Below, piece by piece: positions 20,488 to 28,544 of a stretch of DNA of 32,000 nt; the stretch's first letter is position 1, and each line of letters opens with the position of its first letter. Both the position numbers and the translations under genes were made by a program. Source of the stretch: Desulfotalea psychrophila LSv54 (GTDB lineage Bacteria > Desulfobacterota > Desulfobulbia > Desulfobulbales > Desulfocapsaceae); the NCBI RefSeq assembly GCF_000025945.1, contig NC_006138.1, forward strand, positions 1,860,001-1,892,000. The letters run 5' to 3'. Below the pieces are notes generated by a model, which was not told the DNA's origin, did not search any database, and worked only from the letters and a program-made list of their open reading frames with translations.

Positions 20488-20680
20488 TGTTTCTCGTGTA
20501 TATTCTCATGCCGCTATCATCTCATAGAGGTTTATGTTGGCGAAAAATATTTCGCTCATATGTTGCAAACAGGCCATATAGGAGCTTTGTTCCGTTGTAT
20601 GGTACGTTGTATTGTGGTTAGCTAGTGATGTAACATTGGTTAAATATGGTACTTAATCATTTTTTAATAAGGACAAAACA

Positions 20681-21028
20681 ATGTCTGATATGAAACAAGA
20701 TGTCGAAGAACTCGAAGGGGCGCCCGTCCTCAATAGTCGAGAAAAAAAATTTTTGAAGGGGCTTGCCCATTCCTTGGCCGTTGGTGTGCAGATTGGTAAA
20801 GAAGATCTGACTCCGTCGCTTATAGACGCCACCAAGCTTGAGCTTGATCGTCATGAGCTGGTGAAGGTGAAGATTGGCAAGAGCAGTGGTCTTGATAAAA
20901 AAGAGGCCAGTGAAAAATTGCCTCTGCTTACCGAAAGTAGCTTTGTTCAACTTATTGGTAAGACCATTGTCCTCTATAAAGAAAACAAAGAAATTGTCAA
21001 AGACAAACGTATTCGCTTGCCACGCTAA
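20681..21028 (+). CDS. YhbY-family (CRM domain) RNA-binding protein
   Basis: 115 aa; LNSREKKFLKGLAHSLAVGVQIGKEDLTPSL...LDRHELVKVKIG...FVQLIGKTIVLYKEN matches the YhbY fold signature. Confidence 0.82.
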   Translation: MSDMKQDVEELEGAPVLNSREKKFLKGLAHSLAVGVQIGKEDLTPSLIDATKLELDRHELVKVKIGKSSGLDKKEASEKLPLLTESSFVQLIGKTIVLYKENKEIVKDKRIRLPR

Positions 21029-21106
21029 TGCGGCAAAACCATTCATCTTTGCCGTATTGCAATGCCATATTGTCCTTGCTCGGTAATTAAAGTAAAGCGG
21101 ATTTTT

Positions 21107-21658
21107 ATGACAGAGTATATAAGCAAATCGGAACGTAAACGACGATTCCGCCACGAAGAGCTAGCCGCTGAAGAACTTACTAAGTTATCGGCCAAACAAC
21201 TCGCCCTCCTGCCTGCTGAGCAGGAGGTGAAGGACGTGATTGTCTCCTGTCGCAAACTCAAAGGCGGCGCCCTTAATCGTGAAATAAAGCATTTGGCTAA
21301 GGTAATGCGTGGAGGTGATATTGACGCACTTTTTAGCTTTTTGGAAGATCGTAAGGGCTCCTCGCTTAAAACAGATCGTCTTCTTCGTGAGGCAGAGCGT
21401 TTGCGTGATACCATTATAAATGAGGCGGTTGACGATCAACATGACTGTCTGCGTAAGGGTATGCTGTGGGGAGAAGATTGGCCTTCCAATGAGATTGAGG
21501 TGCTTGCCAAACGTCTGTCGTGGGTGAATGCCAATGATATACGTAGAGCTACCTACCTGTACGTTCGTACCAAGAAACATACCCACTATAAAGAGCTGTA
21601 TAAGATAATAAGAGCCGCGCTTGAACGGGAAGAGATGACAAAGAAAAGAGCTGCTTAA
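21107..21658 (+). CDS. darP: Ribosome-associated protein DarP/YjgA (DUF615) family
   Basis: Start MTEYISKSERKRR at 21107; LPAEQEVKDVIVSCRKLKGGALNREIKHLAKVMR resembles the DUF615 core. Confidence 0.7.
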   Translation: MTEYISKSERKRRFRHEELAAEELTKLSAKQLALLPAEQEVKDVIVSCRKLKGGALNREIKHLAKVMRGGDIDALFSFLEDRKGSSLKTDRLLREAERLRDTIINEAVDDQHDCLRKGMLWGEDWPSNEIEVLAKRLSWVNANDIRRATYLYVRTKKHTHYKELYKIIRAALEREEMTKKRAA

Positions 21659-22287
21659 CGTCTCTTTTTTGTCTTTTTTATACTGGCAGAAATTCGAGGA
21701 ATTCCACTCGTTCTATAGAGGGTGCGAGCCTTGAGATACCTTTTCTGCCAGTATCTCCTCGCAAGGCTTGACTGCATGACTCCACGTGAGCTTGATGCAT
21801 GGATGAACTTTCCTCTACCGGTATAGATGCCGACATGTCTTCCCCCCTTCCCTATTTGAAAAAAAATAAGATCCCCGGGATGTAGCTTATTGCGTGGGAT
21901 ATATCGTCCTGTCCGTATCTGTCCTCTGGTCGTTCGCGGTAGGCATATGGCAAAGAGTTGTTGGTATACTTGTTGGGTGAAAGCTGAACAGTCTATACCT
22001 CGTCTTGTTTGTCCTCCGTAGCGATAGGGGGTACCCTCCCATTTTTGAAAAATAACCCCCAAATTTTTTATTATATTTTGTCGAGAGGGGTTGATCTGTC
22101 TTCGTTTTTTGCCTTGCTCTGAGCATCGTATGAGGGGGATTTGCCTCTGTATCTGAGTTAGTCGCTTATCTCTCTGCTCGATTGGCAGATGACTGCTGCA
22201 TGCGCTCAGTAGGATGGCACAGAGGAGGAGCAGAGCCAGGGAAAGTCTGGCCCTGCCCATTTCAGGAGGGTTCGTAGAAGATTGCAT
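21655..22287 (-). CDS. NlpC/P60 family lipoprotein (cell-wall endopeptidase)
   Basis: 210 aa; lipobox LLLCAILLSAC; GTPYRYGGQTRRGIDCSAFTQQVY, HPGDLIFFQIGKGGRHVGIYTGRGKFIHAS. Confidence 0.9.
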   Translation of the reverse strand: MQSSTNPPEMGRARLSLALLLLCAILLSACSSHLPIEQRDKRLTQIQRQIPLIRCSEQGKKRRQINPSRQNIIKNLGVIFQKWEGTPYRYGGQTRRGIDCSAFTQQVYQQLFAICLPRTTRGQIRTGRYIPRNKLHPGDLIFFQIGKGGRHVGIYTGRGKFIHASSSRGVMQSSLARRYWQKRYLKARTLYRTSGIPRISASIKKTKKRR

Positions 22288-22294
22288 GGGGGGC

Positions 22295-23137
22295 TTATGC
22301 TGAACCGTAGCTATGCAGTCCTGAGAGGAGGAAATTTACGCCGTAGTAGGTGAAGAGTACGCATAAAAATCCAAAGATAGCCAGAGTCGCAATACGGGAT
22401 CCACTCCAGTCACGGGTGTATCGTACGTGGAGGGCAAGGGCATAGATGAACCAGGTGATAAGTGACCAGGTTTCTTTTGGATCCCAGCTCCAGTAGGTTC
22501 CCCAGGCAGAGTTTGCCCATATTGCCCCCGAGATAATTCCACAGGTCAACCAGATAAAACCAAAGACCATCATCTTATGGGTGAGATCGTCTATTGTTTC
22601 CAGAGACGGAAGACGTTTTGCTAGAATATTTTCTTTTCTGCCAGCTCTACCCTGCTTTATGAGATACATGGTTCCAAGTCCTGCCGCCAGGGCAAAACCT
22701 GCATAGCCGATAAAACAGGTGATAACGTGGGAGATTAACCAGTTTGATTGCAGGGCGGGGACAAGAGGGGTGATGGTTTTACCAACACCCCCAAAGGAGG
22801 CATAGGCCATGGCAAGAAAGGCGAGAGGCACAGTGAAGACACCCATGACCCGTGTTTTGTATTTCCATTCCATCAGGAGGTAGAGGAGGATGATTGTCCA
22901 GGAGAAGAATACAACGGATTCATACATATTGGTCAGTGGGGCATGGCCAATGCCCATCTGGTAGGATTCGATCCATCTCAGACCAATACCAATAGTTTGG
23001 GTAAGAAAGGCAATGGCTGTAAAAAAAGTGGTTGCCTTTGCCAGTTTAGGCAATTTAAAAACAAATATAATTGCATAGAGTATTGTGGCAAAGAGATATG
23101 TGAGTGTCGTAATTCCAAGAAGTTGCGAGCTATCCAT
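22295..23137 (-). CDS. ccsA: System II cytochrome c biogenesis protein CcsA/ResC
   Basis: 280 aa polytopic; WANSAWGTYWSWDPKETWSLITWFIYALALHVR (tryptophan-rich WWD-type motif). Confidence 0.93.
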   Translation of the reverse strand: MDSSQLLGITTLTYLFATILYAIIFVFKLPKLAKATTFFTAIAFLTQTIGIGLRWIESYQMGIGHAPLTNMYESVVFFSWTIILLYLLMEWKYKTRVMGVFTVPLAFLAMAYASFGGVGKTITPLVPALQSNWLISHVITCFIGYAGFALAAGLGTMYLIKQGRAGRKENILAKRLPSLETIDDLTHKMMVFGFIWLTCGIISGAIWANSAWGTYWSWDPKETWSLITWFIYALALHVRYTRDWSGSRIATLAIFGFLCVLFTYYGVNFLLSGLHSYGSA

Positions 23138-23181
23138 AATTTCTGTTTTGGTTGTTGAAACTGGTTTATAAGATATTAAGG

Positions 23182-24495
23182 CTACTGTTTGTCTTGCTCA
23201 AGAGTTTGTAGGCACCGCGTGATCTTATTGAACTCTTTGTTAAAACCCGCCTTGTTCTTTGCTGTGAAGCCTGCAAGGGTGATCCTTTTGTTTTGGTCAA
23301 TGATGAGCCAGATTTTACGATGTGAGGTGAAAAAAGAAATATAGAGGCCAATAATAAGAAGGATACAACCAAGATAAACACACCAGACCCCTGGATCTTT
23401 TGTTACCTGCAGGCCCGTTGCGTACATCTGTTTGGCTGATATTTCGTAGGTTGCGTTCAGGCCAGTTGTCTTTATGGTTTGGTTGTTGTCAAACCATATG
23501 GTCTGGGGCTTTGATTTGCCATCGAAAATCCAAAGCTTAATGCGTTCAACATGCTTGTCGGTGGCGATGACGTTGATTACTCCAAGTTGCAGGCCCTCTT
23601 CTTGCCACTCTTCCTGTTCTTGGAAGTCAAGTTTGAAGGCTTGTTCATTGCCGGTGTCGCTTCTTTTTATTTTAAGCATAAAGGTTTGGAAACCCTCATA
23701 GCTTGCCTGATAAAAGGTGAGGCCTTTGTAGTGAAGGGGGCTGTTGACTTCAATTTCCTGGCTCAGAGTTTCCTTGCCATTTTCTGAAATGGTGAGATGG
23801 GAGCGGTAGGTCTTGGGCATTCCCGTATCATAATATTCTATGGCGAAGGAATCACAGGCAAGCTCGAAGCCCAGAGGGATTGGTCCGGACTTGTCTTGAG
23901 AGTATATTTCTCTGGTGGCTCCTCCCTCGGCAATCATGACAGAGCCCTTGTAACCGGCGATATTGCCAATCATGGCTCCGACAAAGATTACCAGGATGGA
24001 AATATGGACAACATAGACACCCAGGTGGGACCATAGGGACTTTTGGCTAAAAAAGAGCTGATAGGATTCTCTGTTAAAATTTTGTCCCGGCCAACCAAGT
24101 TTTGCGAGAATTCTCTGGGGTTGTTGAGCTGTTCTCTTAGGAAGCTGAAAGCTTTGGCAAAAGGGCATGGCCTCTATTTTTTCGCGGGAGAAAGATCCGT
24201 TTGTAGCTCTTATCCTTCGCAAGGTTATGGGGAATCGATCAATGGTACAAATAATAAGATTGAGAGCAAGTAGACAGAGGAGGCCGGTGAACCACCAGGA
24301 CGAGTACATTTCTGGGATGTCGAGCACCAAAAATATTTGTGTCCAGAAGTTGCCATAGGCTTCGAGATAAAAAGCCATGGGGCGGTGTTGGGGGATGACT
24401 GTGCCTATAACAGAGGTAGATGCCAGGGCAAAAAAAATGAAAATAGCCAATTGGACAGAGGCTAAAAATTTCCAAAGTGGATTAGTCGATTTCAT
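23182..24495 (-). CDS. resB: System II cytochrome c biogenesis protein ResB/Ccs1
   Basis: 437 aa; LASVQLAIFIFFALASTSVIGTVIPQ, FYDTGMPKTYRSHLTI, VNSPLHYKGLTFYQASY; adjacent to ccsA. Confidence 0.92.
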   Translation of the reverse strand: MKSTNPLWKFLASVQLAIFIFFALASTSVIGTVIPQHRPMAFYLEAYGNFWTQIFLVLDIPEMYSSWWFTGLLCLLALNLIICTIDRFPITLRRIRATNGSFSREKIEAMPFCQSFQLPKRTAQQPQRILAKLGWPGQNFNRESYQLFFSQKSLWSHLGVYVVHISILVIFVGAMIGNIAGYKGSVMIAEGGATREIYSQDKSGPIPLGFELACDSFAIEYYDTGMPKTYRSHLTISENGKETLSQEIEVNSPLHYKGLTFYQASYEGFQTFMLKIKRSDTGNEQAFKLDFQEQEEWQEEGLQLGVINVIATDKHVERIKLWIFDGKSKPQTIWFDNNQTIKTTGLNATYEISAKQMYATGLQVTKDPGVWCVYLGCILLIIGLYISFFTSHRKIWLIIDQNKRITLAGFTAKNKAGFNKEFNKITRCLQTLEQDKQ

Positions 24496-24861
24496 AAAAA
24501 TTTTATTTTAAGAGCAGAATGTCAAAGGAATAAGGGGAAATCTATTGGTCTTGATTGCTTGTAATTTTCTATCTATATGAATGCTACTACAACAGCTGTC
24601 AATTATACACAAGGCAGAGGATAGTTTGCAATCAAAATAGATCATAAAATTCTTTACCCCTGTTCTAATATGATTATGGCATGAATCTCGGTTTTTTGAG
24701 GCGTTATTGAGCAAGGGAGTCTCTTAGTAAATAAAATCTCTTGCCATTTATTTTTAAAAAGGGTAGTTAGAGAAGTTCTGAATTAAAGGATATTAACCAA
24801 ATACTGTTATCAGTCTTGACTGATGTTTTGCAGTACAAGACGTCATATAAGGAGAATTAAA

Positions 24862-25056
24862 ATGGCTAAGGTTTGTGAAATTTGTGGTAAGGGCCCTATA
24901 ACTGGAAACAACGTGTCTCATGCTCATAATAAGACAAGAAGACGCTGGCTTCCAAATTTGAAAAAGGTTCGTATGGTAACTGCAAGCGGCGCTACCGTTC
25001 GTGGTAAAGTTTGTACCCGTTGCATTCGTTCAGGTGCTGTTGTTAAACCTGCATAA
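24862..25056 (+). CDS. rpmB: 50S ribosomal protein L28
   Basis: [39 protein letters not shown]...[18 protein letters not shown]; SD AAGGAG upstream. Confidence 0.98.
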   Translation: MAKVCEICGKGPITGNNVSHAHNKTRRRWLPNLKKVRMVTASGATVRGKVCTRCIRSGAVVKPA

Positions 25057-25077
25057 TTGCATATGGTTTTGGTGTAG

Positions 25078-25113
25078 AGGCGAGGGGATTTTTATCCTCT
25101 CGCCTTTTTTTTT
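25078..25113 (+). terminator. Rho-independent terminator after rpmB
   Basis: AGGCGAGGGGA-TTTTTA-TCCTCTCGCCT followed by a T run. Confidence 0.92.
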
Positions 25114-25146
25114 ATCCACGCGTTACAGGCTTTTGAGGTATTTGAG

Positions 25147-25401
25147 ATGAGTGAAGAAGAGATTGCATTTTTGTCGCTTGCCGAGGCTGTTGCTCTGGTC
25201 GGTGCCATTCAGGAAGAAGAGGATATTAGTGAGAAGGATAAGCGCATCCTGACGGTATACAGTGCCGATGACAGGGAGCTTTGTTGGTTTGATTTTGCCG
25301 AGGTCCTGGAGGATTTAGGGGCAGTTTCTAAGGAAGATGAGAAGGAAGCTGTACAAAATTACGTTTTAGCACGAATTCCTGCTTGGGCCCGTGAAATCTA
25401 A
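25147..25401 (+). CDS. Small acidic hypothetical protein
   Basis: 84-aa ORF with regular acidic helical composition between rpmB and the ThiF-like gene. Confidence 0.6.
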   Translation: MSEEEIAFLSLAEAVALVGAIQEEEDISEKDKRILTVYSADDRELCWFDFAEVLEDLGAVSKEDEKEAVQNYVLARIPAWAREI

Positions 25402-25592
25402 ATGCCATAGGCGTCTCCTGTTCGGGTGAGGCTTATGAACAGACTGGACTCTCTGCTTGGATTGAAAAATTTTACTTGGGCCTGATTTCAGGAGAGGTGA
25501 AATTTTTTATCGCATTAACTATTACCTTCGAAGGTAAAATTTTTCATCCAAAGTATAAATTTGATGATAAACGGATTTTCCAAGGTTTCTCT

Positions 25593-26348
25593 ATGCTTAC
25601 CCCAGAACAATTATCCCGTTATAGTCGAAATATTCTCCTGCCGGATATCGGTCTGGATGGTCAGGAAAAGCTTCTTGCTGCCCGGGTTTTACTTGTGGGC
25701 CTTGGTGGTTTGGGCTCTCCTATTGCCCTCTATCTTGCGGCGGCCGGAGTTGGTACCCTAGGTCTTGTCGATAATGATTCAGTCGATCTCTCTAATCTGC
25801 AGAGGCAGGTTCTGTATGACTCCTCCTCTCTGGGGGGGGCCAAGGTTGATGCCACCGCAGCTCGTATAGCCTCTCTTAATATGGATGTGACAGTCCATAG
25901 ATATCCGGTGCTTTTTGCTGAAGAAAATGGTGCCTCACTTGTTGCCGATTATGATTTTGTCATTGATGCAACGGATAGTATAGGAACAAAATTTCTCATT
26001 AATGATATCTGTGTCCGAGCGGGTGTGCCCTTTTGTCATGGCGGTGTATTGGAGTTCATAGGCCAGGTTATGACAGTTATCCCTGGGAAAACGGCATGTT
26101 ATAGATGTTTTTTTAAAAATCCTCCCGTGGGAGATGGGGCCAAGAGATGTTCTCATGGTGGTATACTTGGCTCTGTTGCCGGGATAATTGGTTCCCTGCA
26201 GGCGACAGAGGCCTTGAAGTTTATCACAGGTGTGGGCGATCTGCTGACAGATTCTCTGTTTATCTGTGACCCTTCAGTAAATATGTTTCGTACCCTGCCC
26301 ATCTCCTCTCGTGATGATTGTGAGGCCTGTGCTTCTCTTAAGGTCTAA
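25593..26348 (+). CDS. HesA/MoeB/ThiF family adenylyltransferase (E1-like)
   Basis: Start MLTPEQLSRYSRNILLPDIGLDGQ at 25593; GLGGLGSPIALYLAAAGVGTLGLVDNDSVDLSNLQRQ; zinc Cys pairs CYRC and CEAC. Confidence 0.92.
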   Translation: MLTPEQLSRYSRNILLPDIGLDGQEKLLAARVLLVGLGGLGSPIALYLAAAGVGTLGLVDNDSVDLSNLQRQVLYDSSSLGGAKVDATAARIASLNMDVTVHRYPVLFAEENGASLVADYDFVIDATDSIGTKFLINDICVRAGVPFCHGGVLEFIGQVMTVIPGKTACYRCFFKNPPVGDGAKRCSHGGILGSVAGIIGSLQATEALKFITGVGDLLTDSLFICDPSVNMFRTLPISSRDDCEACASLKV

Positions 26349-27793
26349 ACCTCTCTTTCTGCCAACCACTTATCTATTTTTTGCGGATGTAGCATGCAGG
26401 AGAGGGTGAGGGCGCAGTGCGGCGTTTTCTGTACCTCCTGCCCCTGGTAAATTACTGAGACAGGGCGGTCGGAGGAGACGACAATGATGATACTTGTGGG
26501 GTGGTGATAGGAAAAACGGAGGGCAGAGTTATAGCGTGCCCCGCGAGCCCTGTTCTCATTTTTTATTCGCGAGCCATCAAGCAGGCAGGCAAAGGCGTGG
26601 AGCTTGAGGTCGGGGCGGATATGCAGGGCACCGTCAACCTTTGACAGGGCACAGGCGAGTTGCAGCTTTTCTGGCTGTTGCAGGTCAAGGACAGGGTGAA
26701 CGTTTTGTCCTTCAATGCCTATTGGGCTTGTGTGCAGGTCTATCACCAGACAACAGCCAAAACCCTTGTCCTGACCGTTGTGGACAATTTTTTCAGCTAT
26801 CTGGAGAAGAGAGCTGCGTGTCTCTGTGTCCAGTGGGTAGTCGAGGAGGATATCCTCTACTTCGACCAGTTTTGCCCTGTAGGCATCTACACAATAGAGC
26901 CCATGAGCAAAACTACAGATGGTTTGGTTGTTGTAGGAGATGAAGCCGATTTTTTTTTGAAAGCTCACCGCCAGGCAGTTTTCCGGAATATCGTTGCCAC
27001 AGATACCAAGAATTTTTTCCCCGTCAGAGACCAGATAGCCCTCGGAGTTTTCTACCGCCTGTAGCAGTTTTCGTACATGTTTGTAGTTGGCCAACAGGGG
27101 TGGTCTGTCCTCGTCAAATTGAGCAAGAAATGTCACCTTTGGTAGAATTTGTCTGGGTTCTGCAAAGATTATTCGGCCAAAGGGTCGGGCACCCTCTTCG
27201 TTAATTTTGGATATACCCAGTATCGCATAGAGGATGGGGTAGATGCGCATGTGGATATCGCAGCCAAGGCTGAGATTGAGGAGGTCAACAATGCTGTCGC
27301 GAACTGCGTGGCTCGCGTATTCTCGGAGAAAGTTTCCTGAGATGCCTGTATAAAACTCGGGGCGGGTTGTCAGGTCGTTTGATATGCACTGGGTTGCATG
27401 TTCTAACCAACATTCAACGGGTTCGGTGGAACATATATCTGGATGGTGTTCCGTAAACCATTTTTGGTAGAACATGGAGGGAGCTGTGCCTCCAAAGGAG
27501 ATAAGGCCATCAAGGTCAATGTCTTTTTCTCCCAGGATGGTGTTGACGGTGGCAGCTGTGGTAGGGGGTTGTCCGTTACTGGGTTTAGTAAAAATGCTAC
27601 GAATTTTTGGGGCGTGTCCTCCGAGGAGGTCTTGGGGGTCAAAGATATAGATGTCAGAATTTTCGGTTAGACTGAAGATGGCAGCGACCCGACTGCTATG
27701 GCCGGTGAAGAGAGACAGTCCTTCGCGAATGCCTCGGAGGGTATCTGTTAAACAGCGTTGAGCGAATTTAAAATTTTTGGCGGCTTCAATCAT
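26345..27793 (-). CDS. DisA_N / diadenylate-cyclase-like domain protein with N-terminal putative sensor region
   Basis: 482 aa; C-terminal VDGALHIRPDLKLHAFACLL...RARGARYNSALRFSYHHPTSIIIVVSSDRPVSVIYQGQ aligns by eye to the DAC domain DGA...GTRHRAA...ALVIVVSEE...I pattern. Confidence 0.65.
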   Translation of the reverse strand: MIEAAKNFKFAQRCLTDTLRGIREGLSLFTGHSSRVAAIFSLTENSDIYIFDPQDLLGGHAPKIRSIFTKPSNGQPPTTAATVNTILGEKDIDLDGLISFGGTAPSMFYQKWFTEHHPDICSTEPVECWLEHATQCISNDLTTRPEFYTGISGNFLREYASHAVRDSIVDLLNLSLGCDIHMRIYPILYAILGISKINEEGARPFGRIIFAEPRQILPKVTFLAQFDEDRPPLLANYKHVRKLLQAVENSEGYLVSDGEKILGICGNDIPENCLAVSFQKKIGFISYNNQTICSFAHGLYCVDAYRAKLVEVEDILLDYPLDTETRSSLLQIAEKIVHNGQDKGFGCCLVIDLHTSPIGIEGQNVHPVLDLQQPEKLQLACALSKVDGALHIRPDLKLHAFACLLDGSRIKNENRARGARYNSALRFSYHHPTSIIIVVSSDRPVSVIYQGQEVQKTPHCALTLSCMLHPQKIDKWLAEREV

Positions 27794-27921
27794 GGTAACT
27801 TTCCTTTGACACCGTATTTGAGCAATTAGTGTACGTTATGCTTCCCATAATAACATAGCTTGGGGTGTTTTTTGAGATTTTAATTTTATATGTCTTGCCG
27901 TGGGGTGGACAGGGGGAAGAA

Positions 27922-28533
27922 ATGTTAAGTAGTTTTTTTTTGCAGGGGATGATGGTGGGAGCAAGTCTTATTGTCGCCATTGGCGCCCAGAATGCCTTTG
28001 TCCTCTCCTGTGGTATCCGTAAACAGCATCAATATGCTGTGGCGGCGACCTGTGCTTTGTGTGATACAGTTTTAATTTTTCTTGGGGCAATGACGACGGG
28101 GAAGGTTGTGGGGATGAATCCGGGCTTACAGACGATTGCCGCCTGGGCGGGAGCAATATTTTTACTCTGCTATGGTTGTCGTGCCCTCTATTCAGCCATA
28201 AATTCTTCGGCTGTTCTTCGGGCGGAGAAAAAACAATGCACAGGTCTACGCTCAATCGTCCTGCTCACCCTTAGTATCACTCTGCTTAACCCTCATGTCT
28301 ACCTTGATACAGTCCTCTTGCTTGGAAGTATTGCAGGGCAACATGGCGAAGATGGTAAGTATGTCTTCGCCCTTGGAGCGGCGACCTTCTCTTGGTTGTG
28401 GTTTTTTGCTTTGGTGCTTGGCGGCAATAAACTTGCCAGGTTTTTTAAAAATCCCACAGCCTGGCGGGTTTTGGACGCTCTTGTCTGTTTAACCATGTGG
28501 GCTATTGCCTGGCATCTTATTGCCGGTCAGTAA
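27922..28533 (+). CDS. LysE/ArgO family amino-acid exporter
   Basis: Start MLSSFFLQGMMVGASLIVAIGAQNAFVLSCGIRKQH at 27922; LLNPHVYLDTVLLLGS. Confidence 0.9.
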   Translation: MLSSFFLQGMMVGASLIVAIGAQNAFVLSCGIRKQHQYAVAATCALCDTVLIFLGAMTTGKVVGMNPGLQTIAAWAGAIFLLCYGCRALYSAINSSAVLRAEKKQCTGLRSIVLLTLSITLLNPHVYLDTVLLLGSIAGQHGEDGKYVFALGAATFSWLWFFALVLGGNKLARFFKNPTAWRVLDALVCLTMWAIAWHLIAGQ

Positions 28534-28544
28534 TAGTAATACTA

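Noticed and set aside
24508-24714. 68-aa minus-strand ORF between resB and rpmB
   Set aside because: Low-complexity translation and no identifiable start signal; likely intergenic.
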